Positions 40,603-55,941 of a stretch of 64,000 bases of DNA are shown piece by piece. How positions within the stretch are numbered: the stretch's first letter is position 1; each line of letters starts with the position of its first letter. The notes below the pieces were generated by a model, which did no database searches, had not been told where the DNA came from, and saw only the letters and a list, made by a program, of their open reading frames with translations. The translations under genes were made by a program, and so were the position numbers. The DNA comes from Eledone cirrhosa (Eukaryota), in assembly GCA_964016885.1 (NCBI GenBank), contig OZ024744.1, positions 71,486,001 to 71,550,000 on the forward strand. Reading direction: 5' to 3'.

Positions 40603-40894
40603 AACCGTACACCGGATCCTCCTGCAACAAGTCTTAACACCCCGGCGGGCAGGCGCTGCAAAACAACACCCAGGAAACATTCCTTGCGTACCAGACCCAG
40701 CCTCAGACAAACAGATGCGGCAAAAAAAAAAAAAAAAATTTGTCCGGGAAAGACTGCCCTAACATCGGCCAGAGTTACCTCCCTTGACCTGCTGCAAAAT
40801 CAAAACAAGCTATTTTTGCGAGCAATGAACCTTGATGTGGATTTAACCCTCAAAACTCTTTCCGAGCTTTATAAGGAACACTTGTGATTATTTA

Positions 40895-40934
40895 TGCCCT
40901 TGAGAAGCCCAACTGGGCGAAACGTACGTAGGTG
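40895..40934 (+). ncRNA. Minimal hammerhead, U3-A8 variant
   Basis: tgcc c TTGAGAA gccc aact gggc GAAA cgtacg TA ggtg. Confidence 0.65.
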
Positions 40935-41153
40935 GTGTTTTAAATAAACATGTTTTAACGGTCTATTCTCCGATTTTTTACTTTCCCACGTGCTTACGCT
41001 CTGCTAACTCTCTAGCCCACTAAATATTAACACTTCGAATATTTAATACTGCCGGCACTAGTATCGAGCACCTTTGGCATACGCTACTTGGCAAATAACT
41101 ATATGTATCACCTATCCTCCCCTTTTTTTCTCTTTCTCGATACGTAAATACTG

Positions 41154-41222
<69 letters not shown>

Positions 41223-41583
41223 TATGTGAGTGTATATGTGTGTGTGTGTATGTTTGTTTGTGTGTGTATGTCTGTGTGTGGATTTGTGTGTCTTAGGTGA
41301 ATAGATAACCTTTTCGAAATATCATTTAGGATATCAATGTTTTTGAAAGTGTACGTCCCAGGGGAATAAATACTCGGATATAAACCACTTGGAAATATAA
41401 CAATATAACCGCATTTTTTATAAATGTTATTTCTATTCGTATATATATATAGATGTATGTATGCATATGTACGTGTGTATGTATTTGGATGTGTGTGTGT
41501 TTGTGTATATAAACACACACATACATACACACACGCATAATATATATGTATGTATGTATATATATATATATAGACACATACAC

Positions 41584-41628
<45 letters not shown>

Positions 41629-41665
41629 TAGATAGATAGATAGATAGATAATATGTTTGTGTGTG

Positions 41666-42138
41666 TAATACAGTATATATAAAAAAAACACAAAAAGGGG
41701 TTATGTTTTCATATAGAGGGTGTAGAGAACCACTAAAGTGAAGGACATAAGGTCTGCGAAAAGTAGAGAAAATACATAACAATTAAGAGGTAAATTTAAA
41801 TGTGAAGAAAAAAATCTATACAGACCTGAACATTCCAAAGAAGAGAATGTTTTGCCAAAGTGCTGGTACCGTACCTTCTCAGTGCTTGTCAACAGGAGTA
41901 AAGAAGGTATAGCCAACACGTCTAAAGATATTTCAGACAACTGAATAAAGCACATGGTGATAGAACGAAAACACGCGTACCAGACAGTATATAGTGGCGT
42001 GAATGGATCAAGAATCCGCTTTATTATGTATTGTTTCCACTTTTCGTAGACCTTATATACTTCACTATAGTGGTTCTCTATCCCCTGTATATGAAAACAT
42101 AACCCCTTTTTGTGTTTTCTTCTCTACATACTGTATTA
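41666..42138. repeat. Diverged ~115-bp inverted repeat (41666-41780 / 42024-42138)
   Basis: Arms are reverse complements, e.g. cacaaaaaggggttatgttttcata. Confidence 0.75.
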
Positions 42139-42218
42139 TTGAGAACCGGGTAATTTATTCCTTGAGCTCATAAAATTACAGGGGATTAACGTGAGTCTTT
42201 AACCCCGTTTTTTCATTT

Positions 42219-42253
<35 letters not shown>

Positions 42254-42300
42254 AAAATTAGTGGATACGTAAATGCATTGGTGAGATTTATATCGAATAA

Positions 42301-42492
42301 TAATAATTGTTTCTACTTTTGGCACAAGGCCAGCAATTATCTCAGTGCATTACTGGTACTTTATTTTATCGACCCCGTAAGGATGAAAGGCAAAGTTAAC
42401 CTCGGCGGGATTTGAACTTAGACCATAAAGGGACGTAACTCTTTGCTGCAAAGCATGGCGTCCGACCCTCTACCGATACTGCCAATCCACCG
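42301..42492 (-). mobile_element. tRNA-derived SINE family 1
   Basis: Near-identical to 15660-15849. Confidence 0.85.
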
Positions 42493-42779
42493 TGGGGGTA
42501 TATAATATGAGGAAACGATCTCTAGGTATTCTCTCACATCTTACATTCAACTCGATTTGATTTTGTCGTATTAATTGATATATAAAAAACCGGCATCAGT
42601 GCGGTTAACTCGGTTGCGTAGGACTAACTACGTGTAGATTGACACGCGAAAAGATTGTTACTATGTTTTGTGTTTCATTTATAATTATAGGTTTTCGTTA
42701 CGTGTTTGTTTTAATGTCGCCAAGATCGAATTTAACTTTAAAATGTAAAAATAACATATGCCAGACGAGTAATACACCA

Positions 42780-43140
42780 CAGGAATGAAAGCCAGTGCTG
42801 CGACGACTGGAACATTCATCCTCTCACGAAAGGCTGCGCAGTGCACTCTGCATGTGAGTGGAGTTACACTGATGGCAGATGGAGAAGTTCAAGTATCTCA
42901 GAGCCGTGTTAGCGAGTGATAGAAGGCAAGAGGCTGAATTAAATGCAAAAATTACTGGAGCTGGTGCAATGATGTGCCAGCTTCAGCACTCGGTAATGAG
43001 AAGGGAGGTAGATGTAAAAGTCAAACGCGCTATCTTTAATTCGTTATTCGTGCTGCTAACCCTTACTTATGGTCAAGAATCTTAGGAAATGACCGAAAGA
43101 ATACAATTACGAATACAAGCTCTCGAAATGGGATTCCCTC
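42780..43140 (+). pseudogene. RTE-clade LINE fragment (post-RT region)
   Basis: EKFKYL...QEAELNAKI...LTYGQES. Confidence 0.7.
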
Positions 43141-43300
43141 GAATCGTCATCAACATCTTCTCGGTTACTTTTGAAAGATTTCTAACACTTAAAAATCTTA
43201 CTTCATAAGCTTGTGTTAAAGAATTAAATGTTTCGGTGGCAGATTTGTTGAGTTTCACCGAAAAATGATTGCGTCCCGTTGTTCGATACATTCCTGCATC
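43135..43300 (-). pseudogene. Mariner transposase N-terminal fragment
   Basis: IEQRDAI / VKLNKSATETFNSLTQAY matches the mariner N-terminal HTH pattern. Confidence 0.7.
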
Positions 43301-43508
43301 GCAAACGTAACAGAAGTTATAAACAAATCGGTACGTAAAAAAGTCTCTACATAAGCAGCAATAACTAACGACTGATCAATTGATCGTGTTGAAATAAGCA
43401 TGCACGTGCAGCCAAGACCATTACTAACACGCTGATATACATCAACGAGGTGCTGTTTTATCATGTCATATATTGGAAAATAGAACTATCTGTACCCTTA
43501 CTTTAGAG

Positions 43509-43549
<41 letters not shown>

Positions 43550-43689
43550 TGGATAGACAGATAGACTGAGAGAGAAAGGGGGGGGGGGGGCAGACATACA
43601 GATAAATAGATAGATAGATAGATAGACTGAGAGATAGATAGATAGATAGATTGAGAGATAGATAGATAGATAGACAGACAGATAGATAG

Positions 43690-45524
43690 ATGTATTTCTT
43701 TATTTGCCACAAGGGCGCACAAGAAAAGGGGACAATACAAGGACATATGCTGGGGATTTTACATACAATCGTGTAAAAAATATTTTAAACAAACAAATTT
43801 AACAATCGAAATCCCCAATAAGGGGGAGGCGCTATAAATGGGTTGTTTAATACCCTGTAGATAAAACAACCCTCAACTTCAGGGGAGTGTTGTGCAAGTG
43901 CTCCTTTCCTCCTTTTGCTCTCATCTTCAACCTACAGGTTTATATTCAGAGAAGGCCCAATCACGCGGGGCATTTTTGCTACATTCACCCACCTTTCAGT
44001 AAATTTACTGGGTGCAGTGCTTCTCTCTCCGCTCTGATTCTCCTTTTAAAGTGGTACCTAAATAAGGGAATGAGTTGTTGTCTGGAGAGAAAGGCATTTG
44101 TCCTCAGTCCTCTCAATCTCGTCCAGCATATAATCTCTTTTACCATAGTCACTACACAGAGGAAAACCGCCTTTCTTTCGTTTTTGAAAGAAGTTGGCGG
44201 TTTGATCCTTACTATGGACTTGGCAGTCAACTGAATTTGTCCCATATGCGACAGCAGTTGTTCTGCGTAGTTCCACAAGTCAGTTACGCCTGGGCAGTGT
44301 ACAATTGCGTGCAAGACGGTTTCAATGTCCTGCTCGCATCTTGGACACGTCCTATTGGAAGGATCCCTGCCGGGGCGTCCGTGCCTGTAGATCTTGTCTC
44401 GAACTGGTAGAGCTCCTCGGTAGCACTGCCAGGCCAGGGATCTCTGGAAGTTGTTCATGGGTCCCGGGCGGAAAGTCCTGCTGAACAGACTGGTGAGTTC
44501 ATCGTCTTTGACGCCTAGAGTCTCTCCAAGCAAGTCGTCGCACTTGTAACGTACTAACCTCTATAGAATGTCGAAGTGGAGTCTCCACTGATTGCTGTGC
44601 CCGCTTGCCAGAGGACTGTGAGCGCCTGAGCGCATTTAATGTGTTAGGCGCCCATTTTCTTCGGTCTCCGCTTGACCCAGGACTACAACTTCGTCAGCGA
44701 GATAAGTTGCGGGAAGGCCTGTCTCACAAACGGGGCCCACAACGGTTGTTTGGTGAGGAATACCTGGAGATGCGTGCCTCAGCGCGTGTTTGCGCATCAT
44801 CAGCCACGGCATTCATAGCCCTCCGTTGGAAGGGTGCTGACAGCAGATGGATCTCCTCACCAGTGGAGCCTGCTTCTTCCAAAGGAATGGAACAGCATGC
44901 GTTCCATATTGGTGAGGTATTCACGGGGACAAGGCACGACGGTCAAGCGGTAGTAGATGACGGACGCTATGAAAGTGTTCGCCACCTCCGCTCGACCTTT
45001 CAAGGATAGTTTGCATCTGCCTACTTCTTGGTGAGCGCAAACAGCTTGGCTGTGACCTCGTTCCAGTTTTTCTCCACCTGGAGGTCCGGACCGAACCAGA
45101 CCCCGAGCAATTTCACCTGTCCTTCCGTCCAGCGTTCGACGACGCTGTTGGACGGCATCGGTTTGCTTCTCCATGTTCCGAGTTGCAAATCGACAGACTT
45201 GTCGGGTTTCAGTTTTACTCCTGTGAGCCTTTCGTATTCCTGCAGTAAGTTGCCGATTACCCCGATTTCCAAGTTTTCCGACACCATTACTGTTACGTCG
45301 TCGGCATAAGCCGACGCCGCTTTCCGCAGTCCCGGTTCCAACGGGATGATCTGCAGAGACTCCAACTTCCGCAGTAGTGACTCAAGAGTCAATACGTACA
45401 GAATGGAGGAGAGAGGGCATCCCTGTCGGATGGAACGCGTGATTGCGAACGGCTCCGACAGGTAGCCGTTCACCTTGACCCTCGAGCAGATGCTGGTGTG
45501 CATCGCTTTGATCCAGCCTCTGAA
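43690..45524 (-). mobile_element. 5'-truncated, disrupted Tx1/L1-clade LINE, same family as 9381-11752, flanked by (GATA)n on both sides
   Basis: IRQGCPLS, YADD, LSLKGRAEVANTFIAS, CPRCEQDIETVLHAIVHC; tail cccttgtggcaaataaagaaa. Confidence 0.92.
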
Positions 45525-45700
45525 GATAGATAGATAGATAGATAAACAGGTGAAACTCTGATTGGTATGTTTAAAGTATGATATCAATGGACTACTAAAA
45601 TCATCTTGAATTTGATAAGAAAATAGTATCTATATCTAAACTATAATAAAGTAAGGAGTGCGGGACTGCGTGCGGTAAAATAAGTTGGATTTCTTTGAGT

Positions 45701-45894
45701 AAATAATTGTTTCTACTTTTGGCACAAGGCCAGCAAATTACCCAGTGTATTACTGGTACTTTATTTTATCGACCCCGTAAGGATGAAAGGCAAAGTTAAC
45801 CTCGGCGGGATTTGAACTCAGAATGGCAAGGGCCGTAACTCTATGCATCAAAGCATGGCGTCCGACCCTCTACCGATACTGCCAATCCACCGCC
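45701..45894 (-). mobile_element. tRNA-derived SINE family 1
   Basis: Near-identical to 15660-15849. Confidence 0.85.
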
Positions 45895-46609
45895 ATATTT
45901 CTTTGAATAAATAATGAATGAATATTACATAATTTATGTACTTTATTTCGTAATTTGTTACTAAATTTGATATAAATAATTTTATTACTTAAAATTGACT
46001 TCTTCTCAAAGTTTCAAATTTCTTCACTTCCGGTATATCGCCGCCGCCACCACCACTTCAACTACCATATATATATAGAAAGAGAGATTGTGTGATGAGA
46101 GAGATACAGATAGAGTGATTATGATTTTCTACACGCTGATGCATATGTGTGTGTATGTGCACATACATATATCTATATGTATGAGTATATAACTATAATC
46201 GCGCAAACACAAACTTATAAAGATACACGTTCACGGACATACATTCACACACATACACATACTTTCTCACATATACATTTACACAAACACACACATACAG
46301 TCATGATAGCGTTCGGTGAATTGGAAATGGGAGGGTAAAACAAGTATAACATTTTATTTATTTACTCACAACACAGTTTTTTAAACTCATTTACTCATTT
46401 GTATAAAATTTAATATAATGGCTACAGAACGAAAACACAAACAAATATGATATATACAAAGGAAAGGGAAAAAAGAAAGAGAGAAAAATACATAAGCACA
46501 CAATACACACATGTAAGACCACATAGAACAATATGCAGGCGAAAGAGTGGGAACGAGACGCTACCAGAGCAAAAGATAACAATATAGCGAGGAGCACAGG
46601 GAAACCGCT

Positions 46610-47055
46610 CTAATAATTTTTGAAGCTAGCCAGCACGCTCGCAGCGTTACCTGGGGTGATGGCGAGGCTGAGGGGCTGGAACAACCAAGTGCCCTCACGA
46701 GCATCACCAGTTACCTCTGTTTGGCGAGACGTCAGTGAAGATAAGAACCTCGCTGTCAGTAGCCCGACTCTCCCAAACGCCTCGAACGCCACAGGCCGGA
46801 TAATGTAGTTAGCTGACAGAACACAGTATTTTAGGATTTTGTTCCGTTCAGCTGTGGCTGCTGTAGCTCTCGTCCTTACCTCTGCATCCAGGATGTGGGA
46901 AGAAGCAAAAGAGTCACTAACTGTGACGTCCCAGGTAAGGCACCTGTCTCTTGACTAGGAGCATAGACTAAGACCACCAAGTCTTTTCCCATCAATTCTG
47001 GTCAACCCAGACGATTCTAAAATTGAGGGGATGTTTGCCCGGCCCAAAGCTCTGA
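46610..47055 (-). pseudogene. CRE-like non-LTR element, restriction-like endonuclease fragment
   Basis: DGKRLGG...LTWDVTV...AERNKILKY...PVAFEAFG...LSLAITPGNAASVL. Confidence 0.75.
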
Positions 47056-47254
47056 AGTGGTAATATAACAGTGTGTGTATGTGCGCGCGCGCGATTTTGT
47101 CGGCGTTCTTAAATTAGAGACGCGTGTGTGTGTGTGTGTGTGTCACTATTTTTAAGTTAGAGACATACATGTGTGTATCCCTTTCCTTCTTTTTACACAC
47201 ACATACATTCACACAAACACACATACACATTGTGTGATGGACGGGTGGACAGAA

Positions 47255-47915
47255 GTCTCTCAAATTTATATACATGTGAATGGAGTTCTACTGAAGTAGT
47301 TAGAGAAGTTCAAGTATCTTGGAGCCGTGTTCATGAGTGATGGAATGCAGGAGGCTGAATTAAGTGCAAGAATTGCAGTAGCTGATGCAGTTATGCGCCA
47401 GCATCAGCATTCAGCAATCAGAAGAAAGGGGTAGGTGTAAAAGCCAAACTCGCTGTCTTCCTGGTATTCCTGCCAATTCTTACCGAGGATCATGAATCTT
47501 GAGTAATGACCAAAAGAATACAATTGCAAATAAAAGCGGCAGAAATGGGATTCCTCCGAAGGGTCTTTGGAGTAACGTTTCTCGATAAAGTGCATAACTC
47601 AGAGACCAGAGTGTCACTCCTGGTAGAGCCGCTACTTCTCCGAATTGCTAGATCACAACTCCGATATTATGAGCATGTGGTTAGAATGTCTTAGTAAAGA
47701 ATCGCTGGACACGTTTTACATGCAAAACCAACTGGGAAGAGACCCAGAGGTAGACCCTGAGCAAGATAGTTGGATAACATCCATGAGCTTGGCTGGTCAC
47801 GCTTTGGGATCCAGGTGGATCAGTTAGAGATGTTTGTTACTGACAGACTCGCTGGAAGGAGTTTTTGAGAAGGAATCTGCCCCGACGACTCTCAGAAATA
47901 AGTGGGAAAAGAAGA
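47255..47915 (+). pseudogene. RTE-clade LINE 3' fragment
   Basis: EKFKYLG, AAEMGFLRRVFGVTFLDKVHNSE, RSQLRYYEHVVRM, GKRPRGRP. Confidence 0.85.
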
Positions 47916-48677
47916 TACTGTCAATTTACGTTTCAATTTAGATATATCTATATACATATATATTTGCGTATTATACCAATATGCACACTACATATGCTAG
48001 CAGAAAACCGCCCCTCGGGCGGTTTTCTGCTAGTAATGTTAAAAGTCTGTGATTACTTGCTTGTCTGTAATGTAATACAGCTAAAAGGGCGCATAATGGG
48101 GAAATACTTTGAAAGGAAGTTGTCCCTGAAATGGGAATACAAATGGAATAAAACAAGTTTCACGTAAATCGGCCGCGTGTTCTGAGATATGGATTTTTCC
48201 GGGTACCTTCATAAACAGAGAGAGAGAGAGAGAGGATAGAGAGGAAGAGATAGCGGTTGTGAGGGAGTAGATTAAATGAGAGACATAGAGAGAGGGAGAG
48301 GAGACAGAGAAGGAGAATGGAAGAGAGGGAGAGAGAAAAATCTGGTGGTGGTGTTGTGTAAATGTATATGTGAGTATGTGTGTGTATATATATATGTGTG
48401 TGTATATGTGTGTGTGTCTATGACCAGTGTGTATAGATCACAGACACCCACATATATATATATACACACACACACACATACATATATATATGTTTATACA
48501 CACACACAGACACACACACACACACATTTATATATATATGTATACACACACGTATATATATGGACCTTCCAGTTTCATTTCACATTATATACATGTCTGT
48601 GTATATTTTAATTATTTAAAAATTATTTTTAAGTGAACATGATTTAAAAAAATATTTTGAAGTGAACGGGTGGTCTA

Positions 48678-48753
<76 letters not shown>

Positions 48754-48869
48754 AAGGAACTATTTATAGTTATGTATATACTATAAATAACTATAAACAG
48801 GAAAGGTCAGTAATTTACCAGTAAGAGAAATAGCTCAATGTAAGAACATCAGGTGTTTTACAGAGCAGG

Positions 48870-50818
<1,949 letters not shown>

Positions 50819-51159
50819 TCAAAATATTAACAAATGAAGATATTCACATAATCAAAATATATGCTTTATTATATATATTTCGCACAGTACCTTCGAAATA
50901 TATATAATAAAGCATATATTTTGATTATGTGAATATCTTCATTTGTTAATATTTTGAATAATATTAAAAACTCGAGGAAACCTTTTTTCTGTTGAGTGCT
51001 TTTAACCTATTGTAAAACTGTATTCATTGAGTAATCAATGAACCTTATTAATCCTTGGTTATATATATATATATTGATCAGCCAGCCTGCTAATATGCAA
51101 ATCAGGCCGATCAGTCACTGTGTATTTTTGAAAGTAGCATATATTTTCACTGACAGTTT

Positions 51160-51235
51160 GGCAGGTGAACATTGAGCTGTACTGATGATGGGTGATACCC
51201 AGAAACATTAATGTCTGCAGTTCAGTTCACATGCC
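51160..51235 (+). ncRNA. Type I hammerhead ribozyme with canonical core and extended stem I
   Basis: ggca g gtgaac at tgagctgta CTGATGA tgggt gat accca GAAA cattaatg TC tgcagttca gttcac a tgcc; predicted cleavage after C51215. Confidence 0.9.
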
Positions 51236-51317
51236 AACACAAGAGGAAGAATGAAGTGTTTATTCTACTGACATGGCTATAAAATTGAGGCTTGTTTGCA
51301 AAATTGCAAACGAATCG

Positions 51318-51502
51318 ACTTGGCAGTATCGGTAGAGAGTCGGACACCATGCTTTGAAGCATAGAGTTACGTCCCTTTATGATCTGAGTTCAAATCCCGC
51401 CGAGGTTAACTTTGCCTTTCATCCTTACGGGGTCGATAAAATAAAGTACCAGTAATGTACTGGGTAATTGCTGGCATTGTGCCTAAAATAGAAATAATTA
51501 TT
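51318..51502 (+). mobile_element. tRNA-derived SINE family 1 (another copy at 55203-55415)
   Basis: A box, B box and core as above. Confidence 0.85.
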
Positions 51503-51780
51503 AATATTCGAAAAACTCAGATTACATTCATTGTATTCAGCCATGTAGAGCGAATATTTTCTTTTATATATATATATATATAGGAACAAGTATGACCCCG
51601 ACGGCAGAGCTCAAGCCGTTTTGACGGTTATTTCTGGACTCAGTCCAGAAAAAGCCGTCGAAACGGCTTGAGCTCTGCCGTCGGGGTCATACTTGTTCCT
51701 ATTACCCACTCTACTACACTAAGTATTGAGTACTTTGGTGCGTTATGGACCATCTGATTCCTTACCACAATTCCTTCGTT

Positions 51781-51840
<60 letters not shown>

Positions 51841-51885
51841 GTATATATATACGTATATATATACGTATATATGTACACGTACACA

Positions 51886-52059
<174 letters not shown>

Positions 52060-53286
52060 CACATATATAGAAATCTATACGTTTAACACTTCAATCTTAA
52101 ATCTAATACGATGTCTTTGTGTGTGTATGCGTGTGTATGCGTGTATGTGTGTATGTGTACATGTGTGTATGTGTGTGTACATGTGTGTGTGCGTATATGT
52201 GTGTATATGTGTGTATGTGTATGTGTACATGTGTGTATGTGTGTGTGTGTATGTGTGTGCGTGTGTGTACATGTGTGTGTGCGTATAGGTGTGTGCGTAT
52301 ATGTGTGTGTATGTGTGTGCGTAAATGTGTGTGTGTGTACATGTGTATATGTGTGTGTGTATGTGTGTGTATATGTGTGCGCGCGTGCTTGTGTGTGTGT
52401 GTGTGTGTGTATGTGTGTGTGTGTTATTTTGATTATTAACAACAAACTTTACAGAAGTGTACAATGTTTTCTTATATTGAAATATATCTACGTATTATAC
52501 TATGCACATCACTTCATCCTTCAACATGAACATTTTTATATAATTTCCCCGTTTAATGTTTTTTCTTTTTTACTCATCGTTTATTTGTTTTGGAATTTGC
52601 TTATTATACGTTAAAGACAATTTACAAATATTGTTATATTTTGGGAGGTTCATGTTGTCCTAATATTGCCAGAAAAATATAGTAAAACACACGCACTGTT
52701 TGGTTTAGTTTTCGCTTCAGTATATTTTTATATTTCTATAAACAATTTACCTGGTAATCAATGTTTATCATTGACCAACAGTTAAACAAATCTAAATCTA
52801 AATATATTTTCTCAAAGTTCTTTCGTCACACATATCTGTGACATACTCAGTGATTATCATGTTCCATGTTTCCTCCTATTGTGTTCTTATAATTAACACA
52901 CGATTTTATATCAAAAACCTTGCAAAATAAATAAATCTAAAGTATATGATTTCTAACCATGACAAAAAATGAAGAGGGATTGGTAGAATTTATTAGATTA
53001 AGGGAAAGGTTTTCCTTAAGTCGTATCGAGTGGAAGGAGTAATTTAAAACCGACTCGAAAAGATTTGAACCCAGAAATACCCCTAAAAGAACAACACATC
53101 ACACTGATAACAAAGCACACAATACAACGTATTAACTTTGAATGAATTAACTATTAAGTTGTCCAAAGGGAAATTATATTTTATCCCTTCGCCTCCTGTA
53201 CCGCATGAAACCACATTAAGCAGAACATTCTTGAAAAGTACAAAACAGCACTGTGGCTGCATACGATTAGAAATTAAAGTCTTTGC

Positions 53287-53442
53287 TCTTCTTCTTCTTC
53301 TTCTTCTTCTTCTTCTTCTTCTTCTTCTTCTTCTTCTTCTTCTTCTTCTTCTTCTTCTTCTTCTTCTTCTTCTTCTTCTTCTTCTTCTTCTTCTTCTTCT
53401 TCTTCTTCTTCTTCATCCAGCACCAGCACCAGCACCACCACC

Positions 53443-53485
<43 letters not shown>

Positions 53486-53486
53486 G

Positions 53487-53540
<54 letters not shown>

Positions 53541-53651
53541 CACCACCACCACCACCACCACCACCACCACCACCACCACCACCACCACCACCACCACCAC
53601 CACCACCACCACCACCACCACCACCACCACCACCACCACCACCACCACCAT

Positions 53652-53730
<79 letters not shown>
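53287..53730. repeat. Compound trinucleotide microsatellite (CTT)n-(CAC)n-(TAC)n
   Basis: Seen directly. Confidence 0.98.
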
Positions 53731-53732
<2 letters not shown>

Positions 53733-54880
53733 CCCAAACGAGACCAGCTGAGATAATTCATGTCATCCAGCCATCTTGCTCGGGTTCCCCCTAGTTCTCC
53801 TGCCGATTGATTTTGGCCGTAAAATCTGTCCAGTGATTCTTTCCTGAGACATTCTAACCACATGTCCAAGTATCAGAGTGGTGATCTCTCAATTCGGAGA
53901 AGTAGCGTCTATACTTGGAACGGTGCTCTGATCTCCAAACTACACACTCTATCGAGTAACGTTACTCCAAAGACCCACCGGAGGAACCACATTTCGACCG
54001 CTTCTATTCACGATTGTATTCTTTTGGTCATTATCCAACATTCATTACCATAGGTAAGGGTTGGCATGAATACCGAATTGAAGATAGCGAGTTTAGCTTT
54101 TATACCTACCTCCCTTCTTTTGATGACCGAATGCTATATACAAATCCTCTCTTCCTATGGGATCCAGTCAATAACACATTCTGACAGCCGGGGCTTGTGA
54201 GCTTCTCCACACCTGCCTTTGAAGTCATTTCTGGCGTCACACCTGAATAATGGAGTGTCCTTGCTCCTTCCAACATTGTTGAGAAAACCCCAACCATATC
54301 TAACCAGAAGCATCTGGCCTCCTCGACTATTTCCTGCTCCTTACCTGTAAGGGTTATAAGGTTCCTGCTGTCAATTATTAACGTGCTCTCTCTTCCAGAC
54401 TCTCTTTTGGATCTCAGGATACGCCAAGACAGGTCGCAAGCTAATCGCAGCGTTAGATGAAGACTGCAATATATTTTTTGAAAAGGCCCTTCTGCATAAT
54501 GCCTGAAAGTGTCCCTTATTATTCCGAGTGAAGGCCGATGCAGTATGAATGCCTTAATTTCTTACCGTACTGCAGTGTTTCGGTGATATTATTCGTACCA
54601 GTCACCAATTTGGTACTTTTCTGACCCGCAAAGACTAAGCCTTTTTAGAAGCAGCCTTTACTCGCCTCATCGTTGCTACATAACTGGGTTGTGAGAGTTT
54701 CCGTGGGAACTAACAGTGTCACCCATTGCTCCATTACCCCTAATAGTTTGCCGCCGTTGGTCCAGGGATGCTTCTTCGTCCAACTATCGTTATCCACCTC
54801 CTGCGACTCGTTCTATGTTAGAACATCTCTACCGAAAAAAGTCTTTACTCTAATATTGCAAATGTTCTCAAGGATCTGTC
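53731..54880 (-). pseudogene. Degraded RTE-clade LINE
   Basis: Reverse complement: FMPTLTYGNECWIMTKRIQ..EAVEMWFLRWVFGVTLLDRV...ARWLD; the part above about 54110 is less certain. Confidence 0.7.
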
Positions 54881-55941
54881 CAGTAGTAAAGATACTGTAA
54901 ACATTTGAATTAACAAACGCATTTTTAGTTATAGAATTACATAATGTTCAAGAAATACAACTATCCTGCCTTACCTCGGTTTATAAATGCCTAAAATAAA
55001 TATAATCATATAAATTCATTATATTTTGATGAATTGCTTTTAAAACCCTCAGTTTGTCTGGGAGTCTGGATTTACTTAGAGTTGTGGAATCCAAGCAATT
55101 CAGAAAAAGATTTCTGTTAAATTTTATAAAAATATGCAAAATAAACATAAGGGACATTTTTTTTTTTACCCTTACATTTTCATTATATTTTCTGAGAAAA
55201 TGACGGTGGATTGGCAGTGTCGGTAGAGATATGAACAACATGCTTTGCAGCATATACTCATGGCCCTTTACGTTCTGAGTTCAAATCCCACCGTAGTCAG
55301 TTTTGTCTTTCATCCTTACCGGATTGATAAAATAATGTACAAATATCGCATTGGGGTCGATTTAATTGACTTCCCTTCAAACTGCTGACCTTGTGTCAAA
55401 TGTAAAAACAATTATATTTTCTGAGAAAAAAAGTATTTCTTTTTTGAAATATTGTTTTGATTTATGAAATTATTCTAAATTAATTATTTTCTAAAAATAA
55501 AAGTAATGTTTTGCAATGTCAAATTTATTATTCGGAGATAAACAATATTCTTAGTCTTTTGTCACCAGTTAAAAGGAAACAAATTCAAAAATATCCTGAG
55601 CTTGTTTCATTTCATCCCATATTGTTGCTATATCATTTGCAAAGAGTATATCATTTAAGATCTCAGGTTTGTGTTTATGGCTTCTTCTGCGGTCAAGCTT
55701 AAATCACAGTTCTTTTTTCTTTCCACTAATAGCTTTTGCATTTCATATTCAAGCAGAATTGCAAAAAGATAGAGCGCAAATATATCTTTGTAACACATTT
55801 GCTAATATCATAAAATACTGTCTCACTATCCGGAATCTATCTATCTATAATATTATAAAGCTGAGTTTCGTGTATATTATGTATGTATGTATGTATGTAT
55901 GTATGTATGTATGTATGTATGTATGTATGTATGTATGTTTA

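Larger units (their letters stand above)
38279..41160 (+). mobile_element. Composite Naiad-type PLE: terminal module, inverted pLTR (38366-39385, hammerhead 38388-38440), 3' ORF fragment and UTR with hammerhead
   Basis: Homology to 5550-6450 and 7615-7722; (TA)n flanks. Confidence 0.75.

Noticed and set aside
54975-54990. Possible 16-nt minus-strand micro-exon (ttttag|GCATTTATAAACCGAG|gtaagg)
   Set aside because: No partner exons or coding evidence; such matches arise by chance
55511-55702. Possible host exon in AT-rich unique sequence
   Set aside because: No recognisable protein motif and weak splice signals
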